From: a virus
Direction: 5' to 3' (one strand)
DNA length: 64,000 bases
IMG/VR virus record: IMGVR_UViG_3300025018_000143
Location: 1-64,000 of that record
In this document: positions 17,243 through 25,320 of the stretch, one piece after another
Numbering within the stretch: the first letter of the stretch is position 1
Layout: the number at the start of each line of letters is the position of its first letter
The notes under the pieces: generated by a model
Seen by the model: only the letters and a program-made list of their open reading frames with translations
Told to the model about the DNA's origin: nothing
The model's database searches: none
Translations under genes and position numbers: made by a program

Positions 17243-17650
17243 ATGTTTAACAATAATGAACAACTACAATTTATAATATCTGCTGTGATGATGTCTATAG
17301 TTGGAGGCATCGCCAACTGGCTCATGGCAGATAAGCACAGTGTATTCCAATTCATTGTTGCAGTATTTCTAGCTGGGTTCGCAGGATTCCTGGTAGGGCA
17401 ACTATGCCTCGAGGCCAAAATCTCTGAGGCAGTTTCTTTCTTCCTTTGCGGCTCAGCTGGATTATGTGCTGAAATGATCCTCAAAATTTCCAAGAAGGCA
17501 ATGCTTTCTAAATTTAGCTTAATGACTGACCAGAAGCTGGATGAAGAATTGGACATGATTGAAAAAGAATATGCCAAAAGAAAATCCCTACATGTATCAA
17601 CAGAAGATGAAAAAGAGTCAAATAATCTAAAAAATTTCCTTAACAAATAA
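17243..17650 (+). CDS. Holin (LydA-like, three TM helices)
   Basis: SIVGGIANWL..., FLAGFAGFLVG, FLCGSAGLCAE pattern; charged C-tail; upstream of a cell-wall hydrolase. Confidence 0.75.
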   Translation: MFNNNEQLQFIISAVMMSIVGGIANWLMADKHSVFQFIVAVFLAGFAGFLVGQLCLEAKISEAVSFFLCGSAGLCAEMILKISKKAMLSKFSLMTDQKLDEELDMIEKEYAKRKSLHVSTEDEKESNNLKNFLNK

Positions 17651-17655
17651 CTCCC

Positions 17656-18510
17656 ATGCAATATATTCATGATCTTATTTTCACCCGAACTATAAATATC
17701 CACCATGCGTATTCTATAGTTGCTCTTATAATTTCTTTATTTGGCCTTGGTATAGCATTCTTTATAAGAAGGGCGGCTGTGTTTAGATTAAAATTAGCCT
17801 GTGTTTACATTTTATTATTCGTAGCAGGGTTAGGTGGCTTCTTATTTGAGCATGAGAAATTTGGTATGGTTGAGCAGACTCTATACACATCATTCTTTAT
17901 TCTTATGACTGTTTTATATTGGAGGGAAGTCTCTTCATATATGACCACAGAAGGATATCACCGCAAATCTCTTGGAATTTATATAGATGATGTTCCAGAT
18001 TTGATATGGGTAAAGGATCTTGAGCACAGGTATACCTATGTAAATAAAGCTGTATCAAGTCTTTTGGGATTACCAATTAATCTTATACTTGGCAAAACTG
18101 AAAATGATATCCGTGAAGTTTTTGAACGAACAGGAATGACTTATACTATTGGGTCAGAAGCCATTAAAGTAGATAATAATCACACAGGCGATTTCATGAT
18201 AGAGCCAAGAATTTTTCTTGATTCTGGTATTATCAATCGAAGGTTTATTGCACTTCAGGTATATAAAGGCCCTCTATATAATAGCGATGATGTAATCACA
18301 AGAAAGCATGTGGGATATTTTGGTATCGGAAGAGACCTGACATACGACGTCGAAGACCATAACAGAATAACTGAACATATAGAAAAAAATGAAATGGACG
18401 AGGCAATGATAATGTTCCAGATTCATAAAAATAGATATCAAAAAGTAAATATTTCTTCTATTAGTTTAAGAAGAAAAGAAGAGGATCAGGATGATAAAAG
18501 TAACATGTAG
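17656..18510 (+). CDS. Three-TM membrane protein with a cytoplasmic PAS domain and no output domain
   Basis: IDDVPDLIWVKDLEHRYTYVNKA..LLG....ILGKT and terminal GYFGIGRDLT are PAS_4/PAC hallmarks. Confidence 0.8.
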   Translation: MQYIHDLIFTRTINIHHAYSIVALIISLFGLGIAFFIRRAAVFRLKLACVYILLFVAGLGGFLFEHEKFGMVEQTLYTSFFILMTVLYWREVSSYMTTEGYHRKSLGIYIDDVPDLIWVKDLEHRYTYVNKAVSSLLGLPINLILGKTENDIREVFERTGMTYTIGSEAIKVDNNHTGDFMIEPRIFLDSGIINRRFIALQVYKGPLYNSDDVITRKHVGYFGIGRDLTYDVEDHNRITEHIEKNEMDEAMIMFQIHKNRYQKVNISSISLRRKEEDQDDKSNM

Positions 18511-18916
18511 CTCAGAAGATTTGGAATGGCTTGCGAGAAATATATATTTCGAAGCCAGGAGTGAAAATATTCTTGGCAGGATGGCGGTTGCTTTTGTTAC
18601 AATGAATAGAGCAACCCATCCAAGAGCAAGATGGGGAAAATCAATAACAAGTGTTGTCACCCAGCGGCTTCAATTTTCATGGTACAACAACAGAGTAGTT
18701 CCTGAGATAAAGAATCAAAATCTGTATAAAGAAATCAAATCACTTGCAAAGCAATGTGTTGAGATATACAACAATATGTCTGATGCAGGATATGAATTGG
18801 ATGGTATCGTCCAAGGAGCAGACCATTACTACGCTACTTGGATTGCACCTCCTAATTGGATTGCTTCAATGAAATTCGTGTGCCAAATTGGGGTACATAA
18901 ATTTTACAAGGCTTGA
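18491..18916 (+). CDS. Cell wall hydrolase, SleB/Hydrolase_2 family (probable endolysin)
   Basis: LARNIYFEARSE, AVAFVTMNR, QFSW, GADHYYA, IGVHKFY. Confidence 0.88.
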   Translation: MIKVTCSSEDLEWLARNIYFEARSENILGRMAVAFVTMNRATHPRARWGKSITSVVTQRLQFSWYNNRVVPEIKNQNLYKEIKSLAKQCVEIYNNMSDAGYELDGIVQGADHYYATWIAPPNWIASMKFVCQIGVHKFYKA

Positions 18917-19579
18917 TTTATTTTTGCAATTGTCGAAGTGCCATCTTTTCATAGGAGCAATTTTGCCTTCTTTTCCGCAATAAACACATACAACATTGGA
19001 TTTTGATAATGATGTTTCTCTCATTTTTTGTTTAGTTGATGAGGAATGAATTCTATTCTTTCCTGCAATAGAAAGATTTTTTTTATGTTCTGGTGATATT
19101 ATTCTTCCTTTATGGGCTGCACTGATTTTTCTTTTGGTTGCTTCGGTTCTAGTTTTACCTTTCAAAGCTTTGCTTATTTGTTTCTTTTGCCATTCGGATA
19201 TTATCATGCCTTTATTAGCTTTGCTTATTTTGTCTCTAGTTTCTTGAGAAATTATTCTACTTTTATTAGCGACAGCAATTAATTTTTTAATTTTTTCATA
19301 GCTTCTACTGTTAATTTTATAATCACGGTACTGATTTTTAGATTTTCTATGTATCATACACCAAAATGCATAATTAATTTTATGATTACTATGCATTTTG
19401 GACAATAACCAATGGCATATAAAATGTTCTCTGGCTTCCAATTCCACTATATTATATTTTGAATTATTCCCTCCCAAACAACTAGGTATTATGTGATGTC
19501 TTTCTTTATAAATATTTTGAAGTAAACATCGATTATTTGCCTTATTTATGATGGATTGATATATTTTAGAATAATTCAT
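18866..19579 (-). mobile_element. Free-standing HNH/NUMOD3 homing endonuclease
   Basis: ERHHIIP..LGG.N...N.VEL.AREHF.CHWLL; repeated SxET..KIS.A.KG (NUMOD3); C-terminal C..CGK...RWHFDNC. Confidence 0.9.
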
Positions 19580-19617
19580 AATAGTTCCTATAGGATATTA
19601 ATAAATGATGTTTATTT

Positions 19618-19625
19618 TATTTATA
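19618..19625 (-). promoter_or_regulatory. Late promoter for the HNH gene
   Basis: TATAAATA on the minus strand about 40 nt upstream of the HNH start. Confidence 0.65.
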
Positions 19626-19725
19626 AGACCATTACTACGCTGATTATATCAAGAAGCCTGTATGGGCAAAGTATATGAAGCCTACTGTTAAGATAGGTGT
19701 TCATGAATTCTATCATGATGTATAA
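19626..19725 (+). pseudogene. Displaced alternative 3' end of the cell-wall hydrolase
   Basis: Starts with the 16-bp repeat AGACCATTACTACGCT (also at 18820); encodes DHYYADYIKKPVWAKYMKPTVKIGVHEFYHDV*. Confidence 0.85.
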
Positions 19726-19770
19726 TAACTAACCCAGCGCCGGGCAATCGCTACCACTGTGCGGGGAAGG

Positions 19771-19802
19771 ACCTCTCTTTCGAAAGATTGAGAGGTTTTT
19801 TT
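19771..19802 (+). terminator. Rho-independent terminator
   Basis: ACCTCTC-TTTCGAAAGATT-GAGAGGT followed by a T-run. Confidence 0.75.
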
Positions 19803-19813
19803 ATGGTTAATGC

Positions 19814-19960
19814 TTGACAACGCCTTTCCTTTGTGTTATAATCTTTATATAAAGAATGAGAGAAGAAAACAAAAAGAGATGAAAAAAATAATTATTGACA
19901 GAACAAATTAAAAATGTTATAATCTTTATATAAGATGAAAAACATCTTAAATGCTCTGTG
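19814..19960 (+). promoter_or_regulatory. Two tandem early promoter cassettes
   Basis: TTGACA(19814)-17-TATAAT(19837) and TTGACA(19895)-17-TATAAT(19918), each followed by CTTTATATAA. Confidence 0.85.
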
Positions 19961-20024
19961 ATTGAATTTTCAAAGCAAGACATACTAACAGACACAAATC
20001 AATTTTAAATGCGAGGATCAAGCA

Positions 20025-20195
20025 ATGGATGACGGAATGATGAATTTTATTGACATGAATTGGGATGAGATTATTTCTGTGATCAAAGCAGAAGGAATAC
20101 CAACAAGAAGTCTGGATTATGATGATATTGAGGACCTGATTATGAATATGGAATCTCTGTATCTGTGGGCTAGTGAAAATGGCGTAATTGATTGA
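20025..20195 (+). CDS. Small acidic hypothetical protein (not in ORF track)
   Basis: MDDGMMNFIDMNWDEIISV...WASENGVID after GAGG. Confidence 0.55.
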   Translation: MDDGMMNFIDMNWDEIISVIKAEGIPTRSLDYDDIEDLIMNMESLYLWASENGVID

Positions 20196-20204
20196 AAATA
20201 GTTC

Positions 20205-20278
20205 TTGCAATTTGCCTTTTAGTATGTTATAATACTTTATAAAGAATGAGAGAAGAAAACAAAAATCAAAAGGAGATA
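20205..20278 (+). promoter_or_regulatory. Early promoter cassette
   Basis: TTGCAA(20205)-17-TATAAT(20228)-ACTTTATAAAGAATGAGAGAAGAAAAC. Confidence 0.8.
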
Positions 20279-20282
20279 CAAC

Positions 20283-20498
20283 ATGGCTATGAAAGATTTT
20301 AATACTGTTTCTGTTAAAGTTGATGGTCGTCAGGAATTCTTTGGTAATGTTTATGCTACCAAAGAGGAAGCAAAGGCGGGTGCAGATACTGGTTATACTC
20401 CTGTTCTTGTTGCTTCACTTAATGGTGCAGAGGTCAACGGTTGGATGAATCATTCAAAATTCGGCTATCAAGAAGATTGGGCTTGCAATGCGAAGTGA
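20283..20498 (+). CDS. Hypothetical early protein
   Basis: AAGGAG RBS after promoter. Confidence 0.7.
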   Translation: MAMKDFNTVSVKVDGRQEFFGNVYATKEEAKAGADTGYTPVLVASLNGAEVNGWMNHSKFGYQEDWACNAK

Positions 20499-20700
20499 TA
20501 CTTTCAGGATGTATGTTCTTGTTATGTCAAGTCTTCAGAGGATTCTTGACATGGCATGAACATTTCCCAAAGGGTCATTTATCAAAAATGGATGAAGGAC
20601 CCTGAGCATTACAGGCGAACTGAAACAAGTGATGTTTTATATCTTAAGGAGAAAACAGCATATGGCTCCAAGAAATAATACAAATTGAAAAAGGCTATAA

Positions 20701-20925
20701 ATGATACTCAAAAAAGATGAATTTTCACAGTGGGTAGAAAATACCCACTCATTCACAAAAGAGAGCTACATGGATACTGTTCTGCAGGGTTGTGATAGAT
20801 TTAATGTAGAAATTGAATTTATACAGCCCCTGCTGAGTGAGCAAATAATCCAAAAGATTAAAGCTGAGGCGATAAATCTTAGATATTTCAAAACGTCCTC
20901 AAGATCACTCAAAGCATTTCTATAA
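20701..20925 (+). CDS. gp33: Late promoter transcription co-activator
   Basis: SYMD.VL..C...N.E.E...LLS..I..KIKAEA..L; gp33-59-32 synteny. Confidence 0.8.
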   Translation: MILKKDEFSQWVENTHSFTKESYMDTVLQGCDRFNVEIEFIQPLLSEQIIQKIKAEAINLRYFKTSSRSLKAFL

Positions 20926-21518
20926 TGGGTCCTGTTCGGCTATATGAAGTTTTCAATACAATGAAACTTCATTGGAATACCAATTATGATTTTGTCAGGT
21001 ATAAAGGAAGGTCAAAGAATTTCAATGCTGAAAACTTGGACAAATCGAATAATAAGCATGTATACTATCAGGTAGCTAAGAGATACAAGATAGAAAAGGA
21101 TTTTGTGCTCACAATATTGCCTATATTCCTTGAAAATAACAATACTCAAATATCCGATTTATTGAGCAAAGAAAGATGTGAAAAAATATCGATGGAGTGG
21201 TACAGAAAAATCCAGACTATGCAAAAGTGGTTTTACGAGGATTGTGAGGTTATCTGCAAATACATCAAAGATAATGGCATGAGCTTTCAGCAATTCTTTC
21301 TAGGGAATCCAATATTGGATTTTCTTCTTTATGACCACATAAATATAGAGACATTTATTATATTAGACAGGTTCATTTTTTTCTTGACAAAGAACAAAAA
21401 GAAGAGTATAATATATACTCAAGTATATGAACAGAAAGTGCAAAATTATTCTTCTTTCATACAAGTTGAAACTGATAAATATGATAAATTGTTTAAGAAG
21501 GCTATGACGAGGAGGTAG
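20925..21518 (+). CDS. gp59: Helicase loader
   Basis: MKLHW..NYDFVRYKG; INIETFIILD; synteny. Confidence 0.8.
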   Translation: MGPVRLYEVFNTMKLHWNTNYDFVRYKGRSKNFNAENLDKSNNKHVYYQVAKRYKIEKDFVLTILPIFLENNNTQISDLLSKERCEKISMEWYRKIQTMQKWFYEDCEVICKYIKDNGMSFQQFFLGNPILDFLLYDHINIETFIILDRFIFFLTKNKKKSIIYTQVYEQKVQNYSSFIQVETDKYDKLFKKAMTRR

Positions 21519-21625
21519 AGAGATGTAGACCTGATACGATTTACAGTAAACTTAAAGTATCTGTATACAGAAAGGAGGAAGATTATGTAGCCTTGGCAAG
21601 CTATACACGATAATATCACAGCAAT

Positions 21626-21665
21626 AATACACGGTAAGACACGAAAATACACGGTAAGACACGAA
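21626..21665 (+). repeat. Perfect 20-bp tandem duplication in the gp32 leader
   Basis: AATACACGGTAAGACACGAA x2. Confidence 0.9.
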
Positions 21666-21689
21666 AATTAATATAAAGGAATAACAAAT

Positions 21690-22619
21690 ATGGATTTTAA
21701 GAATATCAATGCAAGCAACAAAGGCGCCTCAGCTCTCCTGAATGAACTAAAAAAACGAACCAGCGTTATTAAAAGTGATTATTCAAGAGATGATGAATGG
21801 TCAATATCCAAAGATAAAGAAGGTAATGGTGCTGCTGTTATTCGGTTTATCCCTTCTAAAGATGGTGAATTGTTTCAAGAAGTGCGTAGTCATGGATATA
21901 AAAATCCAATGACTAATCGTTGGTATATTGAGAATTGTCCTAAAACATTGGACTGGGATAATCCTTGCCCTGCTTGTGAACATGCTCAGGCTCTTCTTGC
22001 TGGTCGTGATTACAAAAGCCTTACAGAGAATGAGAAGAAAGAAATCAAACCTTTCTTTGCTAATACCTCTTATTGGTCAGTAATCAATGTTGAAAAGGAT
22101 GATGCAGTGCCTGATAATGAAGGTAAATCATTCAAATATCGTTATGGTAAGAAAATTCTTGAGAAGATTGGCGCAAGAGCAGCTGATGATCCTCTTGATG
22201 ATTCTGTAAAAGGTATCAATGTCTTTGATGTTAAGGACGGTGCTAGTTTCAAGCTGGTTGTAAAGAAAGTTGCTGGATATCCTAATTATGATTCTTCATC
22301 TTTCAAGAATCCAGAGCCTCTTCTTGGTGGTGATAAGAAGAAAGTAGAAGCTCTTCTTAGTTCTGGACCAGAAATCGGTTATATGTCCACTGAAAAGAAT
22401 TTCAAGGAGTACGGTGATCTTAAAAAGAAATTCTACAATATTTTAGGAGTGAATGAGAATATTCCTACTTCAGCCGAGAAATTGGATGACACAACAGAAG
22501 AAACTAAGTATTCTGCTCCAGATATGTCAGGGACGCCAGAGGTTAATACTTCATTTGATTCTGGTGATGATGATGAAGATTTGGATTACTTCAAGAATCT
22601 TTCTACTGAATCAGTGTAG
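21690..22619 (+). CDS. gp32: Single-stranded DNA-binding protein
   Basis: GNGAAVIRFIP, WYIENCP, CPACE, YRYGKKI, GYPNYDSS.F, acidic tail DEDLDYFKNL. Confidence 0.95.
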   Translation: MDFKNINASNKGASALLNELKKRTSVIKSDYSRDDEWSISKDKEGNGAAVIRFIPSKDGELFQEVRSHGYKNPMTNRWYIENCPKTLDWDNPCPACEHAQALLAGRDYKSLTENEKKEIKPFFANTSYWSVINVEKDDAVPDNEGKSFKYRYGKKILEKIGARAADDPLDDSVKGINVFDVKDGASFKLVVKKVAGYPNYDSSSFKNPEPLLGGDKKKVEALLSSGPEIGYMSTEKNFKEYGDLKKKFYNILGVNENIPTSAEKLDDTTEETKYSAPDMSGTPEVNTSFDSGDDDEDLDYFKNLSTESV

Positions 22620-22644
22620 GTACATTAGAAGTACCTAGATAGTC

Positions 22645-22681
22645 AAAATGGAACAATATTTTATTATTGTTCCATTTTTTA
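22645..22681. terminator. Bidirectional terminator between convergent genes
   Basis: AAAATGGAACAATA...TATTGTTCCATTTTTT. Confidence 0.75.
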
Positions 22682-22685
22682 TGGT

Positions 22686-25139
22686 TTAATATCCTAGTTG
22701 TGATTGAAAGGAAGCCCATGTAGCATCGGTTTCATAAGGAGATGCACCAGTTTGGTATGTGTTGTTGTTCGATGAGTTAACAACTTTAGTGCTTGAAGGA
22801 GCATTCACAATATTTGCTGATGCTGAGGATGCTTTTTCTTTATCAACTGCATCCTTTTGAACTGTTGTTACTGCTTGAGCATTAAGATTTGCTCTAGGTT
22901 GTACCTCAGCTATCTTATCTTCATCCGTTGCGCTCATTGACATCTTATCTGCTAGGTTAGCTCTTCTTGCAGCTTCGCCTTCCTTATCAGCAGGTCTTTC
23001 ATAAAATTTAGAAAATGCTCTTGCTGCTGATCTTGGAGATTCTGCATTTTCTAATTTTTGCCCTGCTTTTTTTTCAGTATTTTGTAATTCCCAGTCTATA
23101 AATCTTGCTTGATCCTCAACAGATGATCCTTTCATACTCTTGCCAAAAGCCTTTTCAAATTTTGCTTGTCTATCAGGATGCCATTGAGCAATACCATAAG
23201 CAGCACCACTATCACCAACAGCCTTTGGATCAAATTTACTTTCTCTTTGAAGATTAGCAAGTATACCAGTAATCTGGTCATCCGTATAATTACCAGTCTC
23301 TTTGAGAGTCTTTCTCACTCTTTCCATATTCTCTTTGGCATCTTTTGTGGGAGGAGCTGAATCTTTACTACCCATGTACCTAGGGCTAGTAATAGCATCT
23401 TTCACGTCTATGGCTTTATTTTTTATTTTAGTCAAAAGGCCTTCTTTTGCTGGCTCAGTGGCGGTTGCTTCTTTGCCAACTATCTTTTCCTTTCCCCAAG
23501 AGAAAATGCCTCTAGCTTTATTAACAAGTGAATCAATAAGCTCCTGGAAAATATCAGTCATTTTTTTCATGCCTTCTGTCAACATTTTTTCAACAGAAGG
23601 AATTTCAGGCAATTCAAAATTAAATAAAGCTTCAACCCATAATTTCATAGCCCGAAGAGGAACAAGAATTACTTCCTTGAGAGAAAATCCATCTGGGAAA
23701 AACACATCACCTAGCTTAGTGAAGAAATCGATTACCTTTGTAGCTAAGCCATTGAATTTCTCATTACCGAAATCAATCAGTAATTGAAGTTTTTCTTCCA
23801 CCCATGCATCAAAGTTATTTTTGATGCTACTGAAGAAATCCTTAACTGTATTGAATAATGATTCAATGTTACTCCATAATCCTTTGAAGAAATCAAATAC
23901 ACCAGCAAGAGATTTGGTCATGAACATATCAACCACAGGACCTATTTGCGTCTCTATACCAAAGAACCCAAGTATACTGTCAAAAAGACTAAATGTCCCG
24001 CCTATGAACCCACCTGCTGCTGAAGCGACCTTATCGGAAAGAGTTGCTTGTTCTTTTCCTAGTTTCTCTGCTGCTTTTCCCCAGCCTTCAAAAGCTCCCA
24101 TGAAACCTTTATATGCTGTGTATGCCAACGCAAGAGTTCCTATTACTGGTAATGCAAATGCTGTAATACCACTAATAACGCCAGTGATCAAAGGTATAGC
24201 CCCAAGTAACATTATTCTTATATTGGCTGCTGATTCAAGAAAACCTGTTAATGAAGCTGCTGTTTTCTTTTCTTCTGCAGGAGCAATATCAGCACCTAAT
24301 GTACCAGCTTCGCCTTGTTCTTTTACTGCATCAATAAGAGCTTCTTCACGGCGAATCCTTTCACGTTCTCTCTCAATATCAGCAAATTTACTGGATTGAG
24401 TATCACCAACAATTACATCTAGCAAGGAGCCTATATAATCTAATTTACCTGAATGCGAAGCCAGAATGTCAGCTGTTTTATTTGCTGAATCCTGCTTCCC
24501 TTCAATCGCTGTACTTTTTTTCGATGCCTTCTCTGGCTTGCTTTCTTTCTCTGCTGCTGCTGCTTCTTGGCCTTCTAATTCAGTCCTAATAATTTCAGCT
24601 TGATGTTCATTAGCTAGGTCTTGCTCTTTTTCAGCAATTGCTCGCCTCTGGTTAATGGTATCCTGTACCATATTACCAAGAAACATGAATGCAGGGTTGT
24701 TAAGACCAAGCGCGCCTAGAACACCAGCAATGGAAGGCAGGTTAGATTTAAATGATGTTGAAAGGGTTTTTGCCATGCTGTGCTGATTTTTTACCAGAGT
24801 TTTACTAACACCTGCTAATTCATCATGCATTGATTGTAAGCTGGCTAGTTCATCATATGTTAATTCATTTGATTTACTAATATTAAGGTATAATCTTTCA
24901 AGTTGTTTATTAGCTTGAATGGCTTCTTTTCTTGAAGTTACATTGGTAATATTTTTACTTACTGATTCAAAATTCTTTGAAAAGGCCTTATATGCGTTTG
25001 TTTGATCTTTGATATTATCCTTCTGGTCCATGGACATTTTATCAAATATCATACGAACGCCGTCAAGGAAGATTTCACCATTAACTTTGAATAATTTTTC
25101 TAACGGCTTTGAAATTTCTAATGGTTTCTTCTTCTCCAT
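22686..25139 (-). CDS. Tape measure/baseplate hub (gp29-like) with phage tail lysozyme domain
   Basis: Long helical Ala/Gly-rich region; GILANLQRES.FDP.AVGDSG.AYGIAQW lysozyme motif; T4-like C-terminal NAPSSTKVVNSSNNN. Confidence 0.8.
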   Translation of the reverse strand: MEKKKPLEISKPLEKLFKVNGEIFLDGVRMIFDKMSMDQKDNIKDQTNAYKAFSKNFESVSKNITNVTSRKEAIQANKQLERLYLNISKSNELTYDELASLQSMHDELAGVSKTLVKNQHSMAKTLSTSFKSNLPSIAGVLGALGLNNPAFMFLGNMVQDTINQRRAIAEKEQDLANEHQAEIIRTELEGQEAAAAEKESKPEKASKKSTAIEGKQDSANKTADILASHSGKLDYIGSLLDVIVGDTQSSKFADIERERERIRREEALIDAVKEQGEAGTLGADIAPAEEKKTAASLTGFLESAANIRIMLLGAIPLITGVISGITAFALPVIGTLALAYTAYKGFMGAFEGWGKAAEKLGKEQATLSDKVASAAGGFIGGTFSLFDSILGFFGIETQIGPVVDMFMTKSLAGVFDFFKGLWSNIESLFNTVKDFFSSIKNNFDAWVEEKLQLLIDFGNEKFNGLATKVIDFFTKLGDVFFPDGFSLKEVILVPLRAMKLWVEALFNFELPEIPSVEKMLTEGMKKMTDIFQELIDSLVNKARGIFSWGKEKIVGKEATATEPAKEGLLTKIKNKAIDVKDAITSPRYMGSKDSAPPTKDAKENMERVRKTLKETGNYTDDQITGILANLQRESKFDPKAVGDSGAAYGIAQWHPDRQAKFEKAFGKSMKGSSVEDQARFIDWELQNTEKKAGQKLENAESPRSAARAFSKFYERPADKEGEAARRANLADKMSMSATDEDKIAEVQPRANLNAQAVTTVQKDAVDKEKASSASANIVNAPSSTKVVNSSNNNTYQTGASPYETDATWASFQSQLGY

Positions 25140-25158
25140 AAACTATCCTCTATATAAA

Positions 25159-25320
25159 TTACTTTTTTGTTTCTTTTATATGCTGTATTAAAAGGGAAAC
25201 ATACACATCCCTTTCCCAAGGAGACAATGAGTTCAACTCAAATAGACTGAACCCATGGAATTTAACAAGATTGAAATTCATCTTTATCCTAGTCGCCAAA
25301 TCTTCATGGGAAAGGGCTAG
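25159..25320 (-). CDS. gp51: gp51-like baseplate hub assembly protein (not in ORF track; -1 frame relative to gp26)
   Basis: Hand translation LALSHEDLATRIKMNFNLVKFHGFSLFELNSLSPWERDVYVSLLIQHIKETKK*; PWERD.YV.LL motif. Confidence 0.75.
   Translation of the reverse strand, partial: LALSHEDLATRIKMNFNLVKFHGFSLFELNSLSPWERDVYVSLLIQHIKETKK

Noticed and set aside
19745-19770. Cobalamin riboswitch (CCACTG...GGGAAGG)
   Set aside because: Only this short motif matches; the rest of the aptamer is absent and no B12-related gene follows
2976-20260. Repeated ~35-bp core as a CRISPR array
   Set aside because: Copies are kilobases apart, imperfect, and coincide with -35/-10 promoter elements; no regular spacers or cas operon
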